Shown here: positions 28,537 through 39,038 of the stretch, piece after piece
Layout of the letters: each line of letters opens with the position of its first letter
How positions within the stretch are numbered: the stretch's first letter is position 1
Assembly (NCBI GenBank): GCA_017461545.1
Contig: JAFTXP010000021.1
Coordinates: forward strand, 3,624 to 67,623
Direction of reading: 5' to 3'
DNA: 64,000 nt
DNA from: Clostridia bacterium
GTDB lineage: Bacteria; Bacillota; Clostridia; UBA1212
Program-made: the position numbers and the translations under genes
The notes under the pieces: generated by a model
What the model was told of the DNA's origin: nothing
The model's database searches: none
The model's input: only the letters and a program-made list of their open reading frames with translations

Positions 28537-30723
28537 ATGATTTACTTAAGAAAATGCGGATATAAAAATTCGGAAATTTTTAAACGAATAATATCTTTTA
28601 TGTTATGCTTGGTAATGACCTGTTTATATACGGTCAGCGGCAGGTATAATTTTACTGCGAATTCACAGACAGTTTATTCTATCGGATATGTTTATTCGGC
28701 AAATTATGGGTATCTTAATGTAAGAGATAAAGCGGGTACCGTTTCATCCACTGTAATAGATCAGCTTGACAACGGATATCAGGTGTCTGTTTTAGGTAAA
28801 TATGATGCGCCTGACGGTGCGCTTTGGTATCGTGTTTCATATTTTAAAGGCCGGACATTAAAGTACGGTTATGTTCACAGTATTAATATCAGATTTGTTA
28901 CTGCTGCTGATGATCCGGAATTTGAAGCATACCTTGAATCGCAGAATTTTCCGGAAACATACAGACAATATCTCCGAGTTCTTCATAAAATAAAGCCCGA
29001 TTGGGTGTTCAAAGCTTTTCATACTAATTTACCGTGGTCAGAGGTATATGCCGCTGAAACGGAAGACGGTCGGAGCTGTATAGAAAGCTCTGTTATATCA
29101 TCGTGGAAATCTCTTGAATTATATGATTGGGCTAATGATACATATGCTAATGTGGGCGGAAGCGGATGGACGCAGGCTTCGGATGAAATTGTAGCTTTTT
29201 ATCTTGATCCCCGAAACTTTCTAAATGACCAGCAAATGTTTCAATTTGAATTGATAGAGTATAATCCGGCAAGCCATACGGAATTGGCTGTAGAAACTAT
29301 ACTGAAAGGTACATTTATGTATAAGACGGTGTTGTACGAGGAGAAAATTCCTGCTGATTCTGCGAGCGGGACTGCTGCCGGGACAAAAACAGTTACATAT
29401 GCGCAGGCATTTATTCAGGTCGCAAAGGAACTTGACGTTAGTCCGTGTATGCTTGCAAGCCGGGTAAGACAGGAACAGGGCACAGCCGGCACAAATAAGC
29501 TTATTTCGGGAACTGTTCCGGGATACGAAGGATATTATAACTATTTCAATATAGGTGCAACAGGCAACAATGCACAAGATGTCCTTATCAACGGTCTTAA
29601 AGAGGCCGTAAGCGAGGGATGGAATTCGCCTTATAAAGCGCTTGTGGGCGGAGCAAGAAAGGTATGTAATACACATATAAAAAAAGGTCAGGACACTTTG
29701 TATCTGCAAAAGTTTGATGTAGAAGACTCGTATTACGGATTGTACTGGCATCAGTATATGCAAAATATAAGAGCTGCATCGCATGAGGGTGTTACGGTGA
29801 GAAATTCATACGCACAGTGTGATATTTTAAGCAGCGCTTTTGAATTTAAGATTCCTGTGTTTCTTGATATGCCGGAGTATGCCTGTAAGCTGCCGTCAGA
29901 AGACAGAAATCCTAACTATAAACTTTCAAATATTACTGTAAAAGGTTATTCATTGAGCCCGTCTTTTAAGACGGATACGGTTGCGTATACGCTGGTGGTT
30001 CCTTATACGGCATCAACGGTAGAAATAAGCGCGGTTCCGTATGTTTCAAAAGCTTCTGTCAGCGGAACGGGAACTGTGTCTCTGAAGGAAGGTAACAATG
30101 CAATAAAAATTATATGTACAGCCGAAAATGAGACCTTCAGAGAATATATAATAAATATAAAGAGAGAAGCTTCTCCGAACGCAACGGTTACGGCGAAACC
30201 TACTGCTACATCCGGTTCAAAGCCGACAAGTACGGCAACTGCTACAGCTACTGCAAAGCCTTCCACGACACAGACACAAAAACCGGTGACTTCTCATAAT
30301 ATAAGCCAAGTTTACACTGTTAACAACGGTTCTTATATTACAGGTGTTTCAACAAATACTAAGGCTGAATCATTTATAAATAAGATAAAGATCACAAACG
30401 GAACCGTGTTATTGCAGGACAAAGACGGTGAAGTCCTTGAAATGAGTTCTAAGGTTGCTACGGGGCAAAAAATTATTGTTAAAGATATTGATGGTAATAC
30501 TATTAAAGAATATTCCATTGTTATTTACGGAGATGTTACAGGAGACGGGCAGATAAATGCACTTGATTATGTTTATCTTAAAAGACACTTATGGGGAATA
30601 TCCGAATTGACCGGATTATACAAAAATTCTGCAGATGTGTCTCCTTCAAAAGGGGCTATCGATGCGCTGGATTTTGTATATATGAAGCGTCATCTTTGGG
30701 GAATTGCTGATATAGTACAATAA
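28537..30723 (+). CDS. Secreted SH3b / glucosaminidase-like peptidoglycan hydrolase with a cadherin-like beta-sandwich, Thr/Pro linker and C-terminal dockerin
   Basis: SH3b (LNVRDKAG...WYRVSY...GYVHS); YYNYFNIGA...GWNSPYKAL.GGA; YMQNI; duplicated dockerin repeats GDVTGDGQINALDYVYLKRHLWG and ADV....AIDALDFVYMKRHLWG. Confidence 0.82.
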   Translation: MIYLRKCGYKNSEIFKRIISFMLCLVMTCLYTVSGRYNFTANSQTVYSIGYVYSANYGYLNVRDKAGTVSSTVIDQLDNGYQVSVLGKYDAPDGALWYRVSYFKGRTLKYGYVHSINIRFVTAADDPEFEAYLESQNFPETYRQYLRVLHKIKPDWVFKAFHTNLPWSEVYAAETEDGRSCIESSVISSWKSLELYDWANDTYANVGGSGWTQASDEIVAFYLDPRNFLNDQQMFQFELIEYNPASHTELAVETILKGTFMYKTVLYEEKIPADSASGTAAGTKTVTYAQAFIQVAKELDVSPCMLASRVRQEQGTAGTNKLISGTVPGYEGYYNYFNIGATGNNAQDVLINGLKEAVSEGWNSPYKALVGGARKVCNTHIKKGQDTLYLQKFDVEDSYYGLYWHQYMQNIRAASHEGVTVRNSYAQCDILSSAFEFKIPVFLDMPEYACKLPSEDRNPNYKLSNITVKGYSLSPSFKTDTVAYTLVVPYTASTVEISAVPYVSKASVSGTGTVSLKEGNNAIKIICTAENETFREYIINIKREASPNATVTAKPTATSGSKPTSTATATATAKPSTTQTQKPVTSHNISQVYTVNNGSYITGVSTNTKAESFINKIKITNGTVLLQDKDGEVLEMSSKVATGQKIIVKDIDGNTIKEYSIVIYGDVTGDGQINALDYVYLKRHLWGISELTGLYKNSADVSPSKGAIDALDFVYMKRHLWGIADIVQ

Positions 30724-30742
30724 TTGTGAGGTTGATATTTAC

Positions 30743-32395
30743 ATGATGAAATTAAATCAAAGTATTAATAGATTGATTTGTATATTATTTGCGACAGTTT
30801 TCATTTTTGCATCTGCCGTATCGGATTCTTTTTTGATTTCATCAAATGCTGCAGATGAGGATGCTACGATAGTTGTAGCGCTTGACAGAAATACATTGAA
30901 TGTAGGAGATACGTTTAATGTTAAAGTAACTTACGAAAGTAATCTGGAATCAGGTTATCTCATGTGGGAACTTACATATGACAGTTCTCTTGTTTCGCGT
31001 GAAGGTTCTGCCGGAAAAATAATAGAAACCGAGTGGTTTGATGATACTTCTGCAAATACAAAAAATGTTACTAAGTCATATACTTTTACTGCAAAGGCAG
31101 TCGGGAAAGTGACTTTCTCAATAAATGCTACAAGTTACAAGCTTGTTCCTGATGATAACGGCGATGAAATGAGCATTCTTACGATGGGAGCATCTGCTAC
31201 CATTATGGATGTCGGTTCAAGTGATGCAAATCTGAAGTCACTTGTTGTAGACGGAGGAGAACTTGTTCCGTCATTTTCTCCCGATATTACACAATACACA
31301 GTTACTGTTCCTTTTGATATAGCTGCTTTGTATGTTTATCCTTCAACAAGTGATTCGAGAGCTACACATACGGTTGAGGGTGACGAGTTTTTGAATGTCG
31401 GAACAAAAACAAGGACTGTGGTTGTTACGGCACAGGATGGTACGGTAAAAAAATATGTAATTACAATAACACGTTTGGCGAAGCCTACGGAAGCGCCGAC
31501 GGCAACCCCTCCTGCAACAGAACGTCCGACGGAAACTGCAAAACCTTCGGTGACACCTACACAGGTATCTACGCAGACTTCTTCTCCGACAGTACCTGCG
31601 ACGACACCTCCGGTTGAGAATGATATTATTTCAGTCGATGGGAAAGAATATGAAATTGTTAATATCAACGAGAGCGTTGTGCTTCCCGAAGGATTTGAAA
31701 AGACAGATGTAGAATACAATGGTAAGAAATATTCCGGCGCAAAAGGTATTTCAAAAAATATCACACTTTTGTATCTTGAGTCAGAGGAATTCACAGGTCT
31801 TTTTGTGTATGATGATGGTAATAACGAATTTTTCAAACATGTTGATATAACTGTAAAATCAGGTATTTACACCGTTATGAAACTTCTTGACGGCGAAGCA
31901 GGGTTGAATTTGAATAAAACACAGATTTCTATCGGAGATGTTTTAGTGGATGCTTACGAGATCGATCCGTCTAACAGTGAGTTTTACATTGTAAGAGCCA
32001 TGAATTGGAACGGTGATACCAACTACTATTCATACGATACGGTCGAAAACACGATGCAGAGATATGCGGAGATAAAATTCATGTCAGGTTCTTCAGACGG
32101 TAATGATACAGATAATACTGCAACGCCTGTGCCGACGTCGACAGCGAGTCAGTCCTCTGATATGACAGTAAAACGCAGTTCGGAAAATTCAAAGTCGCAT
32201 AAGATTCTAATTATACTTGCATTTTCATCGTGTGTAATATGTTTGATTCTTGCGGCGTTTTTGATTTATTTTGCATTGAAAGAAAGAAAAACTTGCAAGA
32301 TTATGAGTTCCCCGTATGAAGAGAGCAATGATAAACTCATGGAAATTGAAAAAGAAGAAGAGACGGAACAGATAGAACATACAGAAGAAAACTAA
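30743..32395 (+). CDS. Membrane-anchored surface protein with a cohesin-like N-terminal domain, cadherin-like beta-sandwich and PT-rich linker
   Basis: Signal peptide; ALDRNTLNVGDTFNVKV...WELTYDSSLV; DANLKSL.V.GGEL.PSFSPDITQYTVTVP; PT linker; C-terminal TM helix followed by a charged tail. Confidence 0.7.
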   Translation: MMKLNQSINRLICILFATVFIFASAVSDSFLISSNAADEDATIVVALDRNTLNVGDTFNVKVTYESNLESGYLMWELTYDSSLVSREGSAGKIIETEWFDDTSANTKNVTKSYTFTAKAVGKVTFSINATSYKLVPDDNGDEMSILTMGASATIMDVGSSDANLKSLVVDGGELVPSFSPDITQYTVTVPFDIAALYVYPSTSDSRATHTVEGDEFLNVGTKTRTVVVTAQDGTVKKYVITITRLAKPTEAPTATPPATERPTETAKPSVTPTQVSTQTSSPTVPATTPPVENDIISVDGKEYEIVNINESVVLPEGFEKTDVEYNGKKYSGAKGISKNITLLYLESEEFTGLFVYDDGNNEFFKHVDITVKSGIYTVMKLLDGEAGLNLNKTQISIGDVLVDAYEIDPSNSEFYIVRAMNWNGDTNYYSYDTVENTMQRYAEIKFMSGSSDGNDTDNTATPVPTSTASQSSDMTVKRSSENSKSHKILIILAFSSCVICLILAAFLIYFALKERKTCKIMSSPYEESNDKLMEIEKEEETEQIEHTEEN

Positions 32396-32429
32396 AAAAT
32401 AATATAGTTTTGTTGAGGATGCGTTTAGT

Positions 32430-34373
32430 ATGGGTAAAATTATTTTATTGGATGAAATAACTGCAAGTCAGATCGCGGCAGGTGAGGTCATAGAAAGACC
32501 TGCATCGGTAGTAAAGGAAATGGCTGAAAATGCCGTAGACGCCGGCGCAACGATTGTCACTGCGGAAATAAAAGCAGGCGGCATTAAATATATAAAAATC
32601 AGCGACAATGGATGCGGTTTTGACGAAGACGATGCCGTAATAGCATTCGACAAACATGCAACAAGTAAAATAATGAATGCCGATGATTTGTTCGGTGTGA
32701 AGACCCTTGGCTTCAGAGGTGAGGCTTTAGCGAGCATTGCAGCTGTAAGCGATGTGACACTTATAAGCCGTGGCGAAAACTCTGACAGCGGTTTTATGGT
32801 CAACATACGAGGCGGTAAGCTTATTTCGTCTTCCGCATATGCATCGTCAAAGGGCAGTACATTTATTGTAAAAGAACTTTTCTATAATACACCTGCAAGA
32901 TACAAATTCCTGAAAAAGGATGCTACAGAGGCAGGTTATGTTGCGGATATAATGCAGAAGCTTGCGATGGCGCATCCCGACGTATCTTTTAAACTTATAA
33001 GTGACGGAAAGATTGTATTTCATTCTCCCGGAAACGGTGATATGCTCAGCTGTATTCACAGCATTTACGGAAAAGAAGTAACAAGTTCACTTTGTGTTGT
33101 TAATCACGAACAGGACGGGGCGAAGATAACCGGATATGTAGGTGTGAGAGACGCAGCTTACGGCAACAGAAACCGTCAGCATATATTTGTGAACGGCAGA
33201 TATATCAAGAGCAAAGTGATTACATCGGCGCTTGATGAAGCGTATAAGACCGTTACAATGAAAAATAAGTTTCCTTTTGCGGTTTTAACGGTGAACGTAA
33301 ATTCGCAGACTTTGGATGTCAATGTTCATCCCACAAAAACGGAAGTCAGATTTGCCGATGAGCAGATTATTTTTCGCGCTGTTTATCATGCAATACATAA
33401 TGCTCTTTTCGGAGAAGAGCCGGGAACTGTGCAATCTACGGAAAAAAATGTAAATCCGTGGAAGCGTCAGGATGATATAAAAAAGGACGACAAGCAGGAA
33501 ATTAAGAATCTACTTGATTTTGTTTCTTCAGCTCCTGTTCCGAAAGTTCCTGCGGAGAAGCCCCGGGAAGTGATGCCTGCTTTCGAACCGGTAACCATGA
33601 AGCCTGAAACAGTCGAAAAAAAGCCGGTGTTTGAGCAGAAAATTACTTATGTTAAAGAAGACCCTGCGGAATCGGAAAAAACGCCTTTAAACCCTTTAAA
33701 AGAAGAAATAAAGGCTGAAATCAAAATTGAATCTGAAGCTGAAATCAAGGAGGAAGCTCCGGTTCAATATGAAACCGTGAAAAAATACAACGATACAAGC
33801 ATATATACCGACAGCACCGTCATCGGTCAGCTCTTTGACACTTATATAATACTTGAATACAAAGACAAAATGGTGCTTATTGACCAGCATGCGGCTCATG
33901 AAAGAATTATGTATGAGAGAATAAAAACTGCGCTCGAAAACAGCGATATTCATTCACAGCAGCTGTTGCTTCCCGTGATGCTCAATCTGTCATCTGCAGA
34001 GTGTACATTTTTGAAGCAGAACATTGAATTTTTTGAAAAGCTCGGATTTGAAATAGAGGAGTTCGGGTTGAATTCGTTTGCAGTAAGAAGTATTCCGATG
34101 ATATTAGAGGGCAGTGATATTGAGGCATTTGTCGTTGACGGAATAAATAAGGCTATGCAAAACGGTAAAGGCGGATTGTATGATGACCGCACGGTATTTA
34201 CAATGGCTTGTAAGGCTGCCGTAAAAGCAAATAAACATTTGAGCGATGCGGAAATAAAAGCGTTGCTTGAAACTTTGACATCTGTTGAAAATCACGGTAC
34301 GTGTCCGCACGGAAGACCTGTTGCCGTAACGATGTCAAAATATGAAGTTGAAAGGAAGTTCCACCGTTGCTGA
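32430..34373 (+). CDS. mutL: DNA mismatch repair endonuclease MutL
   Basis: Motifs QIAAGEVIERPASVVKE, GFRGEALASI, DVNVHP.K.EVRF, DQHAAHERI, ACK and CPHGRP. Confidence 0.97.
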   Translation: MGKIILLDEITASQIAAGEVIERPASVVKEMAENAVDAGATIVTAEIKAGGIKYIKISDNGCGFDEDDAVIAFDKHATSKIMNADDLFGVKTLGFRGEALASIAAVSDVTLISRGENSDSGFMVNIRGGKLISSSAYASSKGSTFIVKELFYNTPARYKFLKKDATEAGYVADIMQKLAMAHPDVSFKLISDGKIVFHSPGNGDMLSCIHSIYGKEVTSSLCVVNHEQDGAKITGYVGVRDAAYGNRNRQHIFVNGRYIKSKVITSALDEAYKTVTMKNKFPFAVLTVNVNSQTLDVNVHPTKTEVRFADEQIIFRAVYHAIHNALFGEEPGTVQSTEKNVNPWKRQDDIKKDDKQEIKNLLDFVSSAPVPKVPAEKPREVMPAFEPVTMKPETVEKKPVFEQKITYVKEDPAESEKTPLNPLKEEIKAEIKIESEAEIKEEAPVQYETVKKYNDTSIYTDSTVIGQLFDTYIILEYKDKMVLIDQHAAHERIMYERIKTALENSDIHSQQLLLPVMLNLSSAECTFLKQNIEFFEKLGFEIEEFGLNSFAVRSIPMILEGSDIEAFVVDGINKAMQNGKGGLYDDRTVFTMACKAAVKANKHLSDAEIKALLETLTSVENHGTCPHGRPVAVTMSKYEVERKFHRC

Positions 34374-35323
34374 TAGATGAAATTCTCAGGCAAACTGAAG
34401 ATTTTGAATGCGGAAAAGCAAACGCAATAATAATCGGCGGCCCGACGGCATCCGGTAAAACTTCTCTTGCAATAGAAACAGCACTTCGTAAAAACGGTGA
34501 GATAGTTTCCTGTGATTCAATGCAGATTTATAAGCGCATGGATATCGGTACAGCAAAAGCGACTGCGGAAGAACAATCAAAAGTGCCTCATCACATGATA
34601 GATATAATTGAACCATGGATAAATTACAGTGTATTTGATTATAAAGAAGCAGCAGAAAAGTGCATTGCAGATATAATTTCACGTGGAAAGATTCCTGTAA
34701 TATGCGGCGGCACTGGTCTTTATATAAATTCTCTGATAGAGAACAGGCAGTACAATCCGGAAGAGGATCCGGCTGTGAGAGCAGAGCTTGAAACTATGGC
34801 GGATAACGGTGAGTACGATTTACTTTATGATATGCTTTGTAACTGTGACCCGGAAGCGGCGGAGATTATCCATAAGCATAATGTTAAACGAGTGATTCGC
34901 GCACTGGAACTCTATAGAATTACGGGTAAAACACAGTGTCAGAGAAATGAAGCGTCTCACTGTGTTCCGCCTTCTGTTGAATACAGGACATTTATAATCA
35001 ATATGGACCGTGAAAGGCTGTATGAAAGAATAGAGAAACGTGTTGATATTATGTTTGCGGAGGGTCTTTATAAAGAGACTGAATCCGTATATAATGAATG
35101 TAAAGAAGCTGTAGAGAAAGGTATTGCATCTTCCGGCAGCGTTGACGAATTGACATCTCTTGCCGCAATAGGCTACAGAGAGATGATCCGTCATATTTTC
35201 TTTGATGAGATGAGCTTAGAAGAAGTATGCGAAAAGATAAAAATCAATACGAGACATTATGCAAAACGGCAGATGACATGGTTCAGAAAGACGCCGGGAG
35301 CTGTTTTTATTGACGCAGAATAA
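34367..35323 (+). CDS. miaA: tRNA dimethylallyltransferase
   Basis: Motifs GGPTASGKT, SCDSMQIYK.MDIGTAK, GGTGLY and HYAKRQMTWF. Confidence 0.95.
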   Translation: MLIDEILRQTEDFECGKANAIIIGGPTASGKTSLAIETALRKNGEIVSCDSMQIYKRMDIGTAKATAEEQSKVPHHMIDIIEPWINYSVFDYKEAAEKCIADIISRGKIPVICGGTGLYINSLIENRQYNPEEDPAVRAELETMADNGEYDLLYDMLCNCDPEAAEIIHKHNVKRVIRALELYRITGKTQCQRNEASHCVPPSVEYRTFIINMDRERLYERIEKRVDIMFAEGLYKETESVYNECKEAVEKGIASSGSVDELTSLAAIGYREMIRHIFFDEMSLEEVCEKIKINTRHYAKRQMTWFRKTPGAVFIDAE

Positions 35324-35346
35324 GCTGAAGAAAGGTCGGAATCATT

Positions 35347-36888
35347 GTGGGAAAAATAAAATCGGTTATTGAAAGAATCATACAGTACGCAGGAATATTT
35401 GGTTCTTTGTTACTTTTTCTTTTGGTAATTTCTAATAATAAATTTGAGAGTGAAGGCATGTCGGTTTTGCTGGTAGGCATTACTGTTCTTTTTATATATG
35501 CAATTTTCAGAATTTTCTTTAATTTAAACAAGAAAATTAAAACTACACCGAATATAAATTCGGGTATTTTTGTTTTCGGATTTTCAATGGTTTCAATTGT
35601 TGCAGTGTTTATACGCATGATAGCTTTTATGCTGATTGATGTAGACATAATGGGAAAACGTGCGCTTATTACATATACATATACTGTTATATGTTTCATA
35701 GTAATTTATCTGGGGGGAAGGCTTCTGGGAAGTCATAAATCAGGTTTGGCTTCGTCAGTAATATATGCATTGTTTTGTCCGTTTGATATTTATCCGGCAA
35801 TGGATAATCTGCATAGCGGCGGTACAAAAACGGAATTGATAATTGATTATGCAGGTACGTTATTTATTATATTATCATTCATAATAGCAATGCTTGCAAT
35901 AAAAGCAGAAAAATCAAAAAATGCATTAATTTTAAGCACTGTATGCGGTTCTGCATTAGGTATCTGCGTAATATTGCAAAAGAACGCGGTAATTGCCGCT
36001 GTATGTATGATAATTATGTTTATGCTTACAAAGAAATCGTATAAATATGTAGGCAGAGATGCTATGCGAAGCTTGCAATATAAACCGTACAAATATGTTT
36101 TATTCTTTTTGCTTGGTTTTTCAGTATTTACGGCTGCTTCGATTGTTGCCGTGTATTCAGTAGGCCTCTTGTCGCTTATACCGGAATGGTTTATATACTT
36201 AAAAAAATTTGACTGTGCGGTCGCGGTCTTCAGATATGCCGATGAAATGTTGACTTCTATGTGGGGAGGCATATATTTCGAAAGAAATCTGTTTATAACA
36301 TACGTTTCGTTGCTTTTATATTTATTTGTATTTGTTTCATGCGCCGCAGGATGCAACAATGCTGTGAAATCAAAAAATACAAAAACAGTTTTTGCAATAA
36401 CGTTCCCGATGGCAATTTCAATTGCCGGCATATTTGAATGTGGAGGTGTATCATACATATACAATGCGATACCTTTAGTTCTTATTCTTGCAGGATATGG
36501 TGTTACAAGTGTATTTAATTATGTAATTTCTCCTGAAGGCGGATCGACGGGAAATAAAATTATTTTACCACGTGATATAGAGGAACAAGACATAGAACGA
36601 ATAGAGAAGAAGTATATTCTTCCGAAAGGATGTGCTGCTGTTTGTCTCGCTTCTTACAGTGATTCTGAAGATGATGCCTGTGACAATTTACCTGATGATA
36701 CGGAGGATTTATGCGAGGAATCAGACGAAGAAGATTGTAATAACAAGAAGAGTGAAAATGTGGTTTCCGGAAATGATTTGGACAGCATGCTTGACAATTT
36801 ATACGGTTATCCTGAAGGTGAATCGAAAGACAACGCTGTCGAAAATGATAAAAAAGATGAGTCTTCCGACGTGATTCTTTTTAAGTAG
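35347..36888 (+). CDS. Hypothetical polytopic membrane protein with an acidic C-terminal tail
   Basis: Long ORF with many hydrophobic segments and a D/E-rich tail; no family recognised. Confidence 0.7.
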   Translation: MGKIKSVIERIIQYAGIFGSLLLFLLVISNNKFESEGMSVLLVGITVLFIYAIFRIFFNLNKKIKTTPNINSGIFVFGFSMVSIVAVFIRMIAFMLIDVDIMGKRALITYTYTVICFIVIYLGGRLLGSHKSGLASSVIYALFCPFDIYPAMDNLHSGGTKTELIIDYAGTLFIILSFIIAMLAIKAEKSKNALILSTVCGSALGICVILQKNAVIAAVCMIIMFMLTKKSYKYVGRDAMRSLQYKPYKYVLFFLLGFSVFTAASIVAVYSVGLLSLIPEWFIYLKKFDCAVAVFRYADEMLTSMWGGIYFERNLFITYVSLLLYLFVFVSCAAGCNNAVKSKNTKTVFAITFPMAISIAGIFECGGVSYIYNAIPLVLILAGYGVTSVFNYVISPEGGSTGNKIILPRDIEEQDIERIEKKYILPKGCAAVCLASYSDSEDDACDNLPDDTEDLCEESDEEDCNNKKSENVVSGNDLDSMLDNLYGYPEGESKDNAVENDKKDESSDVILFK

Positions 36889-36951
36889 GCATAAAATGTA
36901 ATATAAGACATAAATATATACCGTCACAGTTTTACTGCAGGCGGTATTTTT

Positions 36952-37401
36952 ATGTCCGATTTCAGAACAAAAAGAAAAATAAAAAAAATGAGAATGGCGG
37001 CATCTGACAGCCGTTCAAGGTTGTTCTATCTCATAAGAGGTGTTGTTATTTCTTTGATAATAACATTACCTGTCATTCTTGCTACAGCAGGTGCTGCATA
37101 TTTAACAGATTTTCCGGAAGAATATATTTCGCCCGTTGCATTTGCTGCTATTATACTGTCCATTGTTTTATCAGCTTTTTTCTCGTCAGCATGGCAGAAA
37201 AACTGCGGGTGGTCAAACGGCACATTGATTGGCGGAATTTATATGTTGTTTATAATTGTATTGAAATCTTGTTTAGAAGACAGGATATGCGCGGATAAGG
37301 ATAGTTTAACTATGCTGCTATTCGGAATTTTATTAGGCTCTTTGTCGGGTTATGCCGGAGTTAAGTTCATGAAAATATCTTCGGGAAAGAAAAGCAGGTA
37401 A
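36952..37401 (+). CDS. TIGR04086-like membrane protein
   Basis: Four TM segments and KNCGWSNGTLIGGIY, resembling the family G..G...G pattern. Confidence 0.65.
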   Translation: MSDFRTKRKIKKMRMAASDSRSRLFYLIRGVVISLIITLPVILATAGAAYLTDFPEEYISPVAFAAIILSIVLSAFFSSAWQKNCGWSNGTLIGGIYMLFIIVLKSCLEDRICADKDSLTMLLFGILLGSLSGYAGVKFMKISSGKKSR

Positions 37402-37420
37402 TGTAAAAGCATAAAATAAT

Positions 37421-37456
37421 GCCCGTTTCACAGGTTCGCAACTTTGTGAAACGGGC
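37421..37456. terminator. Bidirectional hairpin between convergent genes
   Basis: gcccgtttcaca / tgtgaaacgggc. Confidence 0.7.
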
Positions 37457-37464
37457 TGTTTTTG

Positions 37465-38997
37465 TTATGATTTCTTTTTTCGACTTGTTTTTGGAATATA
37501 TCCGACGCCTCTGCTCAGTGAACGTATACGGGTCAGTATATAGAACATCGAAACCATAATACATATAGGTAATTTTTTTATAATCTCTCTTACATAATAT
37601 ATATTATCTGTAGCAGTTTTTAAATTTTGTATGTGATTGGCATATTCTTGTGCCGAGTCAAACGATTTTGTACTGTATGAATCTGTCGAATTTATAGTTG
37701 TATATGTAAAAAGCTTACCGGCTGTTGAGACTGAAAAATATGTTTTATATTTTGTGGGCTCAACAATAGTTATTTCGGAAATTGTATCCAAATTACTGTT
37801 AATAACTTCGAGATGTGTATTGAAGTATTCCGCTGTGAGATTAACGGTATTTACCGAAACAGTACAAGCTGCAAAATTGTCTTTTGTTTCAACGGATGCA
37901 GATCCTGTAGAAATTGAAGACAGTGATTTTTCAGAATCAGCTTCGTATATTTTTGTACCTAAGATGTTTCCGTCAATATCTGCTGATGCAAAAAAAGCAG
38001 AAGGGTAGGGAGACTTATTGTAGTCGTTTTCTGTTACACCTGTACGGTACAGGCTAAAAGTTTCGAGAATACATTTTTTTGAAACAGTGTCAAGTTCTTC
38101 TGAAAGGTCTATATTATTGTCTTTTATATATGTGCTGTACGCAGTCGCATCGAAAAATTTGCCATATGCGACGACAGAAACAGGAACATTGTTTTCCGTG
38201 ATAATTCTTATTTCTTCAATCTGTGAATATGTTTCCGAAAGATTTTCCTCTGCTTTTATGATGTCATTTTGTGACCATAGCAGAGAACCGTCAGTCATAT
38301 TGTATGCATTTATAAATGCTTCTGGAATTCCGGCTTCGTTATACAAGCTGCCGGAAGTATAAATCACATTATCGATAGCTACTGCATCGTGAACTACAGA
38401 ATCCTCTTGCTTTTTTATATGGAAAAGATAGTTGCCGTCAGCGTCTAAGCAAATCGTTTTATCTGAGTCAGTAGCAGTATAATACGTATTTCCGTCAAAT
38501 AAGCTTATGCCGTATTCGGTTCCGGCTTCCTGTGCAACATGTTTTGAATATCTTAAACTGACGCTATTTATAAATTTGCCTTCGTGAGAATATTCATATA
38601 TCTTTCCATAACTTTCTATATCTCCGCGTACTTCGCATATAATTGCAAAACCATAATCGGTTTTTTCTATATCATTAAGCAGGAGATTACAATTTATCTC
38701 ATTTATACCTGATGTGGCAATAAGTGTTCCGTCTGCTTTATACAATTTGAAAAAAACATTTTTGTTAGCATTTCGGTCATTGTCCGGATAGACTGATCCT
38801 CCAACGACCAGTTGATCTTGTCCGTCTGCTGATTTTATCGGTGTAAAATCAGTAAAAATCATCGAATCATATATGATATCACCGTGCGACGCTTCAAAAG
38901 TATCGCGTCTGTATTCTAAAGCATCCGTATATATGGTTGTGATAATTGTGATCAATATCAATATAACCACACATAATCTGAAAATGAAACCTTTCAC
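37465..38997 (-). CDS. Hypothetical extracytoplasmic protein with N- and C-terminal hydrophobic anchors
   Basis: 510-aa ORF with an N-terminal signal or TM segment and a beta-rich middle; GGAG RBS. Confidence 0.7.
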   Translation of the reverse strand: MKGFIFRLCVVILILITIITTIYTDALEYRRDTFEASHGDIIYDSMIFTDFTPIKSADGQDQLVVGGSVYPDNDRNANKNVFFKLYKADGTLIATSGINEINCNLLLNDIEKTDYGFAIICEVRGDIESYGKIYEYSHEGKFINSVSLRYSKHVAQEAGTEYGISLFDGNTYYTATDSDKTICLDADGNYLFHIKKQEDSVVHDAVAIDNVIYTSGSLYNEAGIPEAFINAYNMTDGSLLWSQNDIIKAEENLSETYSQIEEIRIITENNVPVSVVAYGKFFDATAYSTYIKDNNIDLSEELDTVSKKCILETFSLYRTGVTENDYNKSPYPSAFFASADIDGNILGTKIYEADSEKSLSSISTGSASVETKDNFAACTVSVNTVNLTAEYFNTHLEVINSNLDTISEITIVEPTKYKTYFSVSTAGKLFTYTTINSTDSYSTKSFDSAQEYANHIQNLKTATDNIYYVREIIKKLPICIMVSMFYILTRIRSLSRGVGYIPKTSRKKKS

Positions 38998-39038
38998 GTG
39001 TGAAATTCTCCTTAAATATTAGAATAAAAATGAGTAGA

